A DNA stretch of 32,000 bases. It comes from Halalkalibacterium halodurans. GTDB taxonomy: Bacteria > Bacillota > Bacilli > Bacillales > Bacillaceae_D. Position 1 is the stretch's first letter, and the number at the start of each line of letters is the position of its first letter. Where the stretch lies: the NCBI RefSeq assembly GCF_004376175.1, contig NZ_SNUY01000012.1, positions 30,001-62,000 on the forward strand, written 5' to 3'. A program made the translations under genes and the position numbers. Positions 10,490 through 17,836 of the stretch are shown here, one piece after another. The notes beneath the pieces were generated by a model. That model saw only the letters and a program-made list of their open reading frames with translations. It made no database searches and was not told the DNA's origin.

Positions 10490-10675
10490 ATGAAAAAGGA
10501 AAATGTACTGTTTTTATTACTTGCCATTATTACAGTTATCGGCATTATGGCCATCGGGATCGCCATCGCAGAGCGGAGCATCCTCATTGCCATCCTAGCG
10601 TTTGTAAGTATTTTTGTTGCGACAGGATTAGGATTTACGTTACGCAAAAAGCTTCGAGAATCAGAGGATATGTAA
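10490..10675 (+). CDS. Small two-TM membrane protein, YlaF-like (61 aa)
   Basis: MKKENVLFLLLAIITVIGIMAIGIAIAERSILIAILAFVSIFVATGLGFTLRKKLRESEDM. It is divergent from typA, as ylaF is in B. subtilis. The start was moved to an internal ATG preceded by GGGGGGA. Confidence 0.65.
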   Translation: MKKENVLFLLLAIITVIGIMAIGIAIAERSILIAILAFVSIFVATGLGFTLRKKLRESEDM

Positions 10676-10709
10676 AAAGCTAGAACGGATCCCGTTCTAG
10701 CTTTTTTTT
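10674..10709. terminator. Bidirectional intrinsic terminator
   Basis: AGCTAGAACGG-atc-CCGTTCTAGCT forms an 11-bp stem, flanked by AAAAA and TTTTTTT. It lies between convergent genes. Confidence 0.85.
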
Positions 10710-11607
10710 AAGATGACGACTTCCTTCTTAACTCTAAGCCCAGCTTCTCTTCAAGTGGACGAATGATCGCCGAAACATCTTCGTGACCATACTGTTCCTT
10801 CGCGGCTCTCACCCGTTCTTCTCCTTTTTCTACCATTTCAAGAGGGATTCCGAGCTGCTCTCCTAATTTAAGGGCCAACCCTATATCTTTATGGAGCAGA
10901 TTAATGGAAAACCGCGGGTCAAATGCACGATCTAAAATCGCATCAACAGACCATTCCATACTTTTTGAAAATCCTGCACTGCGCTTAATGATCTCATATG
11001 CAATGGCTGGATCAACGCCTGCCTTCTCCACAAATAGATAACATTCTCCCAGAACAGCCTGATGGACGCCAATCACCATGTTGTTGGCAAGCTTCACCAC
11101 CGTGCCACTTCCGATAGGGCCAACATGGACGATATAGTCACCGTAAGCGCCCAGTACTTCCTTACTACGCTCAAACGAATCAGCTTCGCCACCGCACATA
11201 ATTGTCAGCGTTCCAGCCTTAGCCCCCATCGGACCTCCACTAACTGGGGCATCAAGGAATGCGCCACCTTTTTCTTTAATTTGCTCGGCAACTCGTACGT
11301 TTGTTTCCCGGTCAACGGTCGAATGGTCAATCAAGATTTTCCCTTGAGACAGCCCTGCAATGAGCCCGTCCTCCCCTTCATAGACGTCGATGACCGTCTC
11401 AGGAAGGGGTAAGCACGTCATAACAATATCAGCAGTCTCCATTAATTCCTTGTAGGACTCTACTTCTATCGCTCCATATTGGATCGCTTCTTCAATCGGA
11501 CCACGGCTCCGACTTTTCACATACGTTTCAAACCCTTTGTCCACAAGGTGTTTCGTCATTGGTAATCCCATCGTCCCTAAGCCCACAAATCCAACCTTTT
11601 GACTCAC
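10708..11607 (-). CDS. NAD(P)-dependent beta-hydroxyacid dehydrogenase (3-hydroxyisobutyrate dehydrogenase family; 299 aa)
   Basis: VGFVGLGTMGLPMTKHL (Rossmann GxGxxG), DAPVSGG, VKLANNM. GTG start after SD AAGGGGGA. It begins 2 nt after the IMPase stop, so it is probably co-transcribed. Confidence 0.88.
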   Translation of the reverse strand: MSQKVGFVGLGTMGLPMTKHLVDKGFETYVKSRSRGPIEEAIQYGAIEVESYKELMETADIVMTCLPLPETVIDVYEGEDGLIAGLSQGKILIDHSTVDRETNVRVAEQIKEKGGAFLDAPVSGGPMGAKAGTLTIMCGGEADSFERSKEVLGAYGDYIVHVGPIGSGTVVKLANNMVIGVHQAVLGECYLFVEKAGVDPAIAYEIIKRSAGFSKSMEWSVDAILDRAFDPRFSINLLHKDIGLALKLGEQLGIPLEMVEKGEERVRAAKEQYGHEDVSAIIRPLEEKLGLELRRKSSS

Positions 11608-11609
11608 GT

Positions 11610-12413
11610 TTATTCCCCCTTAATATACTGATCCACAATGGCACTATGTAAGGATGAATTCGCAGCTAACAAAGTGCTCGGCTCTAATAACGAGAGCTCC
11701 TCCCCTTGAAGAGTGGTTATCGTCCCCCCAACTTCTGCTAATAGCACTTTACCGGCCGCATAATCCCATGGTGACAGCTTAAGGCTCACATATCCGTCCA
11801 ATCGACCAGCGGCTACATACGCCAATTCCAATGCGGCTGAACCGAACGAGCGAACACCCCGCACATCCCTGACAAGACGTTCCAGTTCACCTCTGAAAGG
11901 TGCCCTCTGTTCGACAAGCCATCGGGCATTAACTCCAACGACGCTCTCATTCACCGAGCTAGTTGTGATCGTTTTCAATTTTGTATCACGAACGTAGGCC
12001 CCTTCTCCTTGGACGGCATAAAACATTTCATCGTTCATAACATCGTAAATAATTCCGACCTTACCAACTCCGTCATGAAAGACTCCGACTGAGATCGCAA
12101 AATGATATTGGGAATGAACAAAGTTCATCGTTCCATCTATCGGATCAATAATCCACACTGTCCCATCTAGACGATCTAACTTCTCCGCTGTCCCCTCTTC
12201 CCCTAAAAAATGATGTTTTGGAAAGTGTGAGGTAACCTTTTCGTAAAAAAACCGCTCCGTAGACCGATCCACATCCGTTACTAAGTCATCTGGATTGGAC
12301 TTCGCTTCCACGTTAAACGTCCCTTCCAATGCTTGTTTAATATGTTGAGCTGCTTCAACAACCCACGCCTTTGCAATCTCTCCAATATCTATCCATTTGT
12401 TTTCACGCGTCAT
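11610..12413 (-). CDS. yktC: Inositol monophosphatase family protein (267 aa)
   Basis: IMPase motifs FLGEEG, WIIDPIDGTMNFVH and SPWDYAAGKVL. It lies beside yktA/yktB-type genes, as B. subtilis yktC does. Confidence 0.88.
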   Translation of the reverse strand: MTRENKWIDIGEIAKAWVVEAAQHIKQALEGTFNVEAKSNPDDLVTDVDRSTERFFYEKVTSHFPKHHFLGEEGTAEKLDRLDGTVWIIDPIDGTMNFVHSQYHFAISVGVFHDGVGKVGIIYDVMNDEMFYAVQGEGAYVRDTKLKTITTSSVNESVVGVNARWLVEQRAPFRGELERLVRDVRGVRSFGSAALELAYVAAGRLDGYVSLKLSPWDYAAGKVLLAEVGGTITTLQGEELSLLEPSTLLAANSSLHSAIVDQYIKGE

Positions 12414-12476
12414 GTACCGTTCCCTCCAAGCTCACTATGAAAAGTTAGTTCCATTATGACACAAACGAGCGAAAAA

Positions 12477-12498
12477 ATTAAAGTGCATGCACTTTAAT
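12477..12498. repeat. 22-bp perfect palindrome ATTAAAGTGCATGCACTTTAAT upstream of the IMPase gene
   Basis: Read directly from the sequence. It abuts the -35 region of a candidate extended -10 promoter (minus strand TGTCATAAT, 12461-12453). Confidence 0.5.
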
Positions 12499-12612
12499 GA
12501 GGATATCTAACATACAAGAAAAACTAAGTTGGTGCCGAGCCCAAGGTATTAATAGCAGAAACGTCGGTTTTCTTTTACTTTTATGAAGTGAAACTTTATG
12601 AAAGTGAAAACG

Positions 12613-12642
12613 AAAAAAGCGCAAAATCAATTTGCGCTTTTT
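12613..12642 (-). terminator. Intrinsic terminator after the 62-aa gene
   Basis: AAAAGCGCAAA-atcaa-TTTGCGCTTTT forms an 11-bp stem with A/T runs on both sides. Confidence 0.8.
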
Positions 12643-12655
12643 CCTAACCTATTTG

Positions 12656-12844
12656 TTATGCTTCCAGCTGTAACAGTTCAAGTCGAAGCTTTTCAAGGCG
12701 ACGCTTTGTTTTTCTCATCGCATTAATGTCTTCGGCAAGCATGGCGTCATGTAATGTCATAAGCTCGTAATCAATCTCAAGGCGCAAGACAGGAATTCTC
12801 TTTTCTCCGTCTCTTCGTTTAAACGTTTGAATGACCTGTTCCAT
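12656..12844 (-). CDS. Small conserved helical protein (62 aa), ykzI position
   Basis: MEQVIQTFKRRDGEKRIPVLRLEIDYELMTLHDAMLAEDINAMRKTKRRLEKLRLELLQLEA. ATG 12844 lies 10 nt after AAGGAG. The track's GTG at 12853 overlaps the SD. Confidence 0.6.
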   Translation of the reverse strand: MEQVIQTFKRRDGEKRIPVLRLEIDYELMTLHDAMLAEDINAMRKTKRRLEKLRLELLQLEA

Positions 12845-13125
12845 GATCGTCACACTCCTTCACAAGAGGATGTCAAAGGGTAGGGTTAACCTTTTCATGC
12901 ACGTTTCGCGACAGAAGCAACTACTAAAACAGGAATATTTGACAAAAAATTCAGATAGTTTTCTTTACTCTATCTTATGAAAAAAATTAAGAAAATGCAA
13001 CCTTTTTGCTTTTTTTCTTAGGAATTAATCGCAAAGTCACAATAAGCATATGATTGTGTGAAAAACGCCCCTCTGTGGTACCCTATTTGTACACATGGTC
13101 TTTTTTGAAAGGAGTTTTTTCGATT

Positions 13126-13767
13126 ATGAGTATACTTGGATTCGTACAAGCTGATTTTGATGTCTTTACAATCGATGGGCTTGAACCTCGAATGGAAAAA
13201 ATAAAAAATCAAATCCGCCCTAAGTTGGAAGCTTTCGGGACTGAACTGGCCCCTACGCTTTCGAGCTTAACCGGAGATGAAATGTTCGTTCATACAGCCA
13301 AACATGCGCGCAGAACGGTAAACCCTCCGAATGACACTTGGGCCGCTTTTGCAAACAGTAAGCGAGGCTACAAAAAGCTTCCTCATTTTCAAGTAGGCTT
13401 GTGGGAAAGCCACCTTTTTGTATGGTTCGCTATCATTTACGAATCTCCTGTGAAAGGTGCATTTGCGGAAGAGCTTCTAAAAGCTCCTACCGCGATTCGA
13501 GAGAACATTCCCGATTCGTTCAAATGGTCTGTGGATCATACAAAACCTGACACCGTTTCCGAAAGCGAACTATCCGATGACGCTTTTATAAAAATGGTTG
13601 AGCGACTTCGTGATGTGAAAAAAGCAGAGCTGTTGTGCGGCATTACCCTTGATCGTAAAGATCCACTTGTTCAAGATGGAGACAAGCTTTTGCACACAAT
13701 TGAAGATACCTTTAAAACGCTAGTTCCATTATATCAACTTGCACAACAGTCAACGGTTCAAATGTAA
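13126..13767 (+). CDS. yktB: UPF0637 / DUF1054 protein YktB (213 aa)
   Basis: [38 protein letters not shown].. ATG 13126 follows SD GAAAGGAG. The track's 13054 start is an upstream extension without an SD. It neighbours yktA. Confidence 0.85.
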   Translation: MSILGFVQADFDVFTIDGLEPRMEKIKNQIRPKLEAFGTELAPTLSSLTGDEMFVHTAKHARRTVNPPNDTWAAFANSKRGYKKLPHFQVGLWESHLFVWFAIIYESPVKGAFAEELLKAPTAIRENIPDSFKWSVDHTKPDTVSESELSDDAFIKMVERLRDVKKAELLCGITLDRKDPLVQDGDKLLHTIEDTFKTLVPLYQLAQQSTVQM

Positions 13768-13799
13768 AAAAGAGAAAGGCACGTGCCTTTCTCTTTTTT
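13766..13799. terminator. Bidirectional intrinsic terminator (yktB / yktA)
   Basis: AAAAAAGAGAAAGGCAC|GTGCCTTTCTCTTTTTT, a perfect palindrome with A and T runs. Confidence 0.85.
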
Positions 13800-14064
13800 A
13801 CATTTTAATATGCTCTTCCATTTTTTCTCGCGCTTTTTTTATCGTTTGGTAGCAGGACACATCGTTTTCCTGCTCATATGCGCGGAACAATTGTTTCTCT
13901 TCACTTTTGGTGGGAACGATTTCTTTAAACCTACGATATTTACCGAGTAAATCCTCTCGGGCAATCCCTTGATCGTATGCTTGTTCGATCGCTTGGAAAA
14001 AGTGAACCACATCGATCACTTCCTCGGTTGACCAATCAAGCGATATTGGCAACGTTGTTTTCAT
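13798..14064 (-). CDS. yktA: UPF0223 protein YktA (88 aa)
   Basis: [59 protein letters not shown].. matches the YktA-family pattern. It is adjacent to speA, as in B. subtilis. Confidence 0.85.
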   Translation of the reverse strand: MKTTLPISLDWSTEEVIDVVHFFQAIEQAYDQGIAREDLLGKYRRFKEIVPTKSEEKQLFRAYEQENDVSCYQTIKKAREKMEEHIKM

Positions 14065-14067
14065 GAT

Positions 14068-15081
14068 TCATTTGTCATCCTTTCGTTCAGATAGTTCCCA
14101 ACGTTTTCGAACATCAATGGCTTCCTCAATCATCCGAGTAAACAACTGCTGGACCGTAGGAATGTCACGGATCCTTCCCATGACCTGCCCGGCCCAACCG
14201 AATCCTTTATCCTCCTGTCCATCATAGATAAAGTTTTTGTTCGCCTCCCCGCTAATATACTCTTTGAGTGCGTCATAGGAAGGATTCGTTTGTTCAATTG
14301 TTAAAATATGCTCCGTCCAATCATTTCGGATCACCCGAGCAGGGCTCCCGAGCGAACGCTTAATGACGACCGTATCCAGTTCACTTCCTTGGACGAGCCT
14401 TTCTTTATACTTAGCATGAGCGTGTATACACTCGACTGTGGCAATAAAGCGCGTCCCCATTTCAATTCCTTCAGCACCAAGAGCATGAGCAGCCATCCAT
14501 GCCCTTCCATCACCGATACCACCAGAAGCAATGACAGGAATCGAAACAGCGTCCACGACTTGCGGGACAAGTACCATCGTTCCGACATCATTACGTCCTA
14601 GGTGTCCCCCTCCTTCGTGGCCGACTACCATCACGGCATCCGCCCCAAGCTCTTCCGCTTTTACCGCTTGTCTTCGTGATGCAACCAACACAAGCTTTCG
14701 GATCGATGTATGTTCCAACATGGTTAAAATGGGAGCTGGGTTTCCCCCTGTCATTGATACGACTGGAACGTCTTCCTCGATGGCAACCTGCACCATATCT
14801 TCAAATGGACGTCCATGTTGACCGATCGCAAAGTTCACACCGAATGGATGCTCTGTTTTCTCTCGCACTCGTTCGATTTCTTTGCGCAAATGCTCAGGAC
14901 CTTGTAACGACATGGCCGTAATTTGACCGAGTCCCCCAGCATTTGACACGGCAGCAGCAAGCTCAGAATAAGCTAAATAAGCTAAGCCTCCTTGAATGAT
15001 TGGGTATTGTATGTTTAGTAAACTCGTGACTCTTGTTTCCCACACAGTAAATCCCTCCTTGATTTCCCCCTTATGGCTCAT
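14068..15081 (-). CDS. Nitronate monooxygenase / NPD-family FMN oxidoreductase (FabK-like; 337 aa)
   Basis: TIM-barrel NMO pattern: IQYPIIQGGLAYLAYSELAAAVSNAGGLGQI, VVGHEGGGHLG, IPVIASGGIGDGR. Confidence 0.88.
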   Translation of the reverse strand: MSHKGEIKEGFTVWETRVTSLLNIQYPIIQGGLAYLAYSELAAAVSNAGGLGQITAMSLQGPEHLRKEIERVREKTEHPFGVNFAIGQHGRPFEDMVQVAIEEDVPVVSMTGGNPAPILTMLEHTSIRKLVLVASRRQAVKAEELGADAVMVVGHEGGGHLGRNDVGTMVLVPQVVDAVSIPVIASGGIGDGRAWMAAHALGAEGIEMGTRFIATVECIHAHAKYKERLVQGSELDTVVIKRSLGSPARVIRNDWTEHILTIEQTNPSYDALKEYISGEANKNFIYDGQEDKGFGWAGQVMGRIRDIPTVQQLFTRMIEEAIDVRKRWELSERKDDK

Positions 15082-15208
15082 TTTACCACATAAAAAGTTT
15101 TCCTAGAGTCTTATTCATTCCTCCACTAGGCATACGGGCTTGAATTTGTTATACTCATTCTTGTTTTGTAAAATCACGTAAAGTTTATCAGCTAAAGAGG
15201 TGACTGAG

Positions 15209-16684
15209 TTGTCTCGTCAAGAACAGACCCCCCTCTTCTCGGGAGTCGTTGCTCACGCTAAACATAACCCTGTACAATTTCATATTCCCGGTCATAAAAA
15301 AGGAGCTGGTATGGACCCAGCGTTCCGTTCATTTATCGGTGACAATGCTCTATCGATCGATTTAATCAATATAGGCCCGCTTGACGATCTACATCATCCC
15401 CATGGGATCATTAAAGAAGCACAAGAGTTAGCCGCCGAAGCATTTGGGGCAGACCATACGTTTTTTTCTGTCCAAGGGACAAGCGGTGCCATCATGACGA
15501 TGATTATGTCCGTTGTCGGGCCTGGTGAAAAGATCATCGTGCCACGAAATGTTCACAAGTCGATCATGTCTGCGATCGTTTTTTCAGGAGCGACACCTGT
15601 GTTCATCCATCCAGAAATCGATCCCCTTCTAGGGATTTCCCATGGAATCACGATTGAAGCGGTGGAAAAGGCGCTTGACGCTCACCCTGATGCCAAAGGA
15701 CTTCTTGTTATTAACCCGACATACTTTGGCATTGCTGCAAACTTAAAAAAAATTGTAGAGTTTTGCCATAGCAGGGACGTTCCTGTTCTTGTCGATGAAG
15801 CGCATGGGGTGCACATTCATTTCCATGAAGCCCTTCCCTTATCGGCAATGCAGGCCGGAGCTGATATGGCGGCAACGAGTGTTCATAAGCTTGGAGGTTC
15901 CTTGACACAGAGCTCCATTTTAAATGTTCGCGAAGGCCTCGTCTCTGCGAAGCGTGTGCAAACCATTATAAGTATGCTAACAACAACCTCCACGTCCTAT
16001 TTGCTCCTCGCCTCCCTTGATGCGGCGAGAAAGCATTTAGCGACAAACGGTAGAGATCTTATTGGCTATACCATTCAGTTGGCTGATCAGGCAAGAGATC
16101 AAATTAACGCCATTGATGGCTTGTACTGTGTTGGCAAGGAGATTCTTGGAACGATTGCTACCTATGATTACGATCCAACGAAACTGATCATTTCTGTGAA
16201 GAATCTTGGAATTACTGGCTACGATGCAGAAGTATGGTTAAGGGAACATTATCAGATCGAGGTTGAGCTGTCAGATCTATATAATATTCTTTGCATCGTT
16301 TCATTTGGTGACACTGAGCGGGAGATGGATCTGCTTGTCAAAGCTCTCTCTGAGCTGGCTGACCTGCACAAACATGGGATTTGTGAACGGAGTCCAGTCT
16401 CTGTCTACGTTCCAAATATCCCTACACTCGCCATGTCTCCGCGAGATGCCTTTTATGCTGAAACTGAGGTCGTTCCATTCGAAGATTCTGTCGGACGTAC
16501 CATTGCAGAATTTATTATGGTTTACCCCCCAGGAATTCCAATCCTAATTCCTGGTGAAAATATAACCGAAAGCAATCTCGCCTACATTCGTGAAAACAAC
16601 CGTGCCGGTCTTCCTGTGCAAGGTCCAGAAGACGACACCTTTCGAACGTTGCGTGTCATAAAAGAGCACGAAGCCATCCGTTAA
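15209..16684 (+). CDS. speA: Arginine (Orn/Lys/Arg family, fold I) decarboxylase (491 aa)
   Basis: FHIPGHKKG and the PLP-lysine motif TSVHKLGGSLTQSS. The probable start is TTG 15209, 5-8 nt after AAAGAGGTGA. The track's in-frame GTG 15200 lies inside the SD. Length and position match B. subtilis SpeA. Confidence 0.92.
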   Translation: MSRQEQTPLFSGVVAHAKHNPVQFHIPGHKKGAGMDPAFRSFIGDNALSIDLINIGPLDDLHHPHGIIKEAQELAAEAFGADHTFFSVQGTSGAIMTMIMSVVGPGEKIIVPRNVHKSIMSAIVFSGATPVFIHPEIDPLLGISHGITIEAVEKALDAHPDAKGLLVINPTYFGIAANLKKIVEFCHSRDVPVLVDEAHGVHIHFHEALPLSAMQAGADMAATSVHKLGGSLTQSSILNVREGLVSAKRVQTIISMLTTTSTSYLLLASLDAARKHLATNGRDLIGYTIQLADQARDQINAIDGLYCVGKEILGTIATYDYDPTKLIISVKNLGITGYDAEVWLREHYQIEVELSDLYNILCIVSFGDTEREMDLLVKALSELADLHKHGICERSPVSVYVPNIPTLAMSPRDAFYAETEVVPFEDSVGRTIAEFIMVYPPGIPILIPGENITESNLAYIRENNRAGLPVQGPEDDTFRTLRVIKEHEAIR

Positions 16685-16693
16685 TATTTAACA

Positions 16694-16733
16694 TAAAAAA
16701 AGACTCATCTCCCCCATAGATGAGTCTTTTTTA
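16694..16733. terminator. Bidirectional intrinsic terminator shared by speA and sr1
   Basis: AGACTCATCT (16701-16710), loop cccccat, AGATGAGTCT (16718-16727). It is flanked by AAAAAAA and TTTTTT. Confidence 0.9.
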
Positions 16734-16734
16734 G

Positions 16735-16860
16735 TTATCTCTCGTTTTTTGTTTCTTTTTTATCATTACAACTAGGGCACTTCGCATATAATGTTGTGAC
16801 TTTTTCAACTTCAAAATGTTCAATGGTCTGGTTGCAGGTCTGACACACGATTGTTCCCAT
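16735..16860 (-). CDS. sr1p: SR1P-like small peptide (41 aa)
   Basis: Not in the ORF track (<60 aa). Translation is MGTIVCQTCNQTIEHFEVEKVTTLYAKCPSCNDKKETKNER. As I recall it, B. subtilis SR1P begins MGTIVCQDCNEAIHYFEDEKVTTLYG. SD AAGGGGA lies 7 nt before the ATG. Confidence 0.8.
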   Translation of the reverse strand: MGTIVCQTCNQTIEHFEVEKVTTLYAKCPSCNDKKETKNER

Positions 16861-16912
16861 ATACTCATCCCCTTTTCAATAGTTGAAAACGCTTAACATT
16901 TGATTTATTTAC

Positions 16913-16941
16913 ATAATAGTATATATCATTTATCTCGTCAA
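16913..16941 (-). promoter_or_regulatory. SigmaA-type promoter of sr1
   Basis: Minus strand reads TTGACG (16941-16936), a 17-nt spacer, then TATTAT (16918-16913). Confidence 0.7.
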
Positions 16942-16982
16942 GACTAAATTGTATGTCATATTTAAATCCATTATATCATACT

Positions 16983-17020
16983 AAAAAAACCAACCGCTTC
17001 ACTAATGATGCTGGTTGGTT
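16983..17020 (-). terminator. Intrinsic terminator after the GAF-like gene
   Basis: AACCAACC (16988-16995) pairs with GGTTGGTT (17013-17020) around a 17-nt loop. A U-run follows on the minus strand (plus-strand A7 at 16983-16989). It starts at the stop codon. Confidence 0.65.
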
Positions 17021-17463
17021 CAAAACATGGTTTCGTATTTGATATGCTGATTCTCAATAAAACGACTAACCTCCCTCACAAAGATGAGATCTTCTTCTGT
17101 CACCTTATAGCGACTGGCCTGGACGACAATCACCAACTGACCAATTAAATGATGGCCGTTATAAAATGGAGAAATAATCGTTTGATCTTGACTTGTAAAG
17201 AAGCATTGAAGCTTTCCTCGAATAGCAACGACGCTAAGAAGGGATTCACCGAATCTCACTTGATCAGTGAACGGGACTCCCCCTTCAGACACTATTTTAT
17301 GAAAAGCGTTAGCGGACGTTAAAAAAATCGCCGCACATAAATCATCAAGTGGATCGGTAAGTACTTGAACAATTCCTGCATAGAAATCAGTTAATGTCGA
17401 CGCTGAATCAGGAACGCAGCCTATTTGCAATCTCAATTCATCCAATATTTGTGATTTATCCAT
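17020..17463 (-). CDS. GAF-like domain protein (147 aa), function unknown
   Basis: Clean ORF. SD GGAGG lies upstream, and an extended -10 TGGTATCAT lies at 17501-17493 on the minus strand. The ..GHHLIGQLVIVVQ.. segment resembles the GAF beta-strand motif. The domain call is tentative. Confidence 0.65.
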   Translation of the reverse strand: MDKSQILDELRLQIGCVPDSASTLTDFYAGIVQVLTDPLDDLCAAIFLTSANAFHKIVSEGGVPFTDQVRFGESLLSVVAIRGKLQCFFTSQDQTIISPFYNGHHLIGQLVIVVQASRYKVTEEDLIFVREVSRFIENQHIKYETMF

Positions 17464-17793
17464 GAATTGTGTAATACCTCCATTCCCCTTCTATGATACC
17501 ATAAAATAGACTAAAAACGGATGACGACTTTACACGAATACTGTCGAATACAACTGTAAAACAACTTGTTTAATTGACAGTCAATGGCCTTACCTCGTCT
17601 ATAAGTTTATCCGAAGTCTTTCTCGCTTCTGTAGATATTTTTTCCCATATTTTAATCGATAAACTTCGTCCCCCACTTTTCTTCAAATACTCAATACATC
17701 TATTATTCATACTATATTGGCTTAAACAGCCAAGCCTTAATGGTTGAAACGTCGTTTTCTTCTCCGTTTCATCTCCTTTAATAGCAAGAAAAC

Positions 17794-17825
17794 TAAAAAA
17801 ACGAAAGTCGTCATTAGACTCTCGT
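17794..17825 (-). terminator. Intrinsic terminator after the M23 peptidase gene
   Basis: Minus-strand RNA ACGAGAGUC-uaaugac-GACUUUCGU forms a 9-bp stem with one G-U pair, followed by UUUUUUU. Confidence 0.8.
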
Positions 17826-17836
17826 TTCTTCTTATA

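Larger units (their letters stand above)
16694..16906 (-). ncRNA. sr1: SR1-like dual-function small RNA (about 210 nt, ends approximate)
   Basis: Transcript predicted from the promoter at 16941-16913 to the terminator at 16733-16694. It contains the SR1P-like ORF. It lies in the speA-pdhD interval, where B. subtilis sr1 lies. Confidence 0.75.

Noticed and set aside
10423-10683. ORFs 10423-10647 (-) and 10462-10683 (+) overlapping the ylaF-like gene
   Set aside because: These are alternative frames of the same 200 bp. Only the 10490-10675 frame gives a coherent two-TM protein with an SD and a terminator.
13018-13212. 64-aa minus-strand ORF, and the 24-codon upstream extension of yktB from 13054
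   Set aside because: No SD. The ORF overlaps the yktB 5' region. The yktB SD (GAAAGGAG) sits before the internal ATG at 13126.
14308-14921. Four overlapping 81-97 aa ORFs inside the nitronate monooxygenase gene
   Set aside because: These are shadow frames of a well-supported 337-aa gene. Their translations are Ser/Pro/Thr/Arg-rich, as expected for off-frame reading.
17737-17772. 11-codon basic ORF MKRRRKRRFNH on the minus strand
   Set aside because: The apparent SD (AAAGGAG) abuts the ATG with no spacer. The ORF is very short and lies just downstream of the M23 terminator. It is most likely chance.
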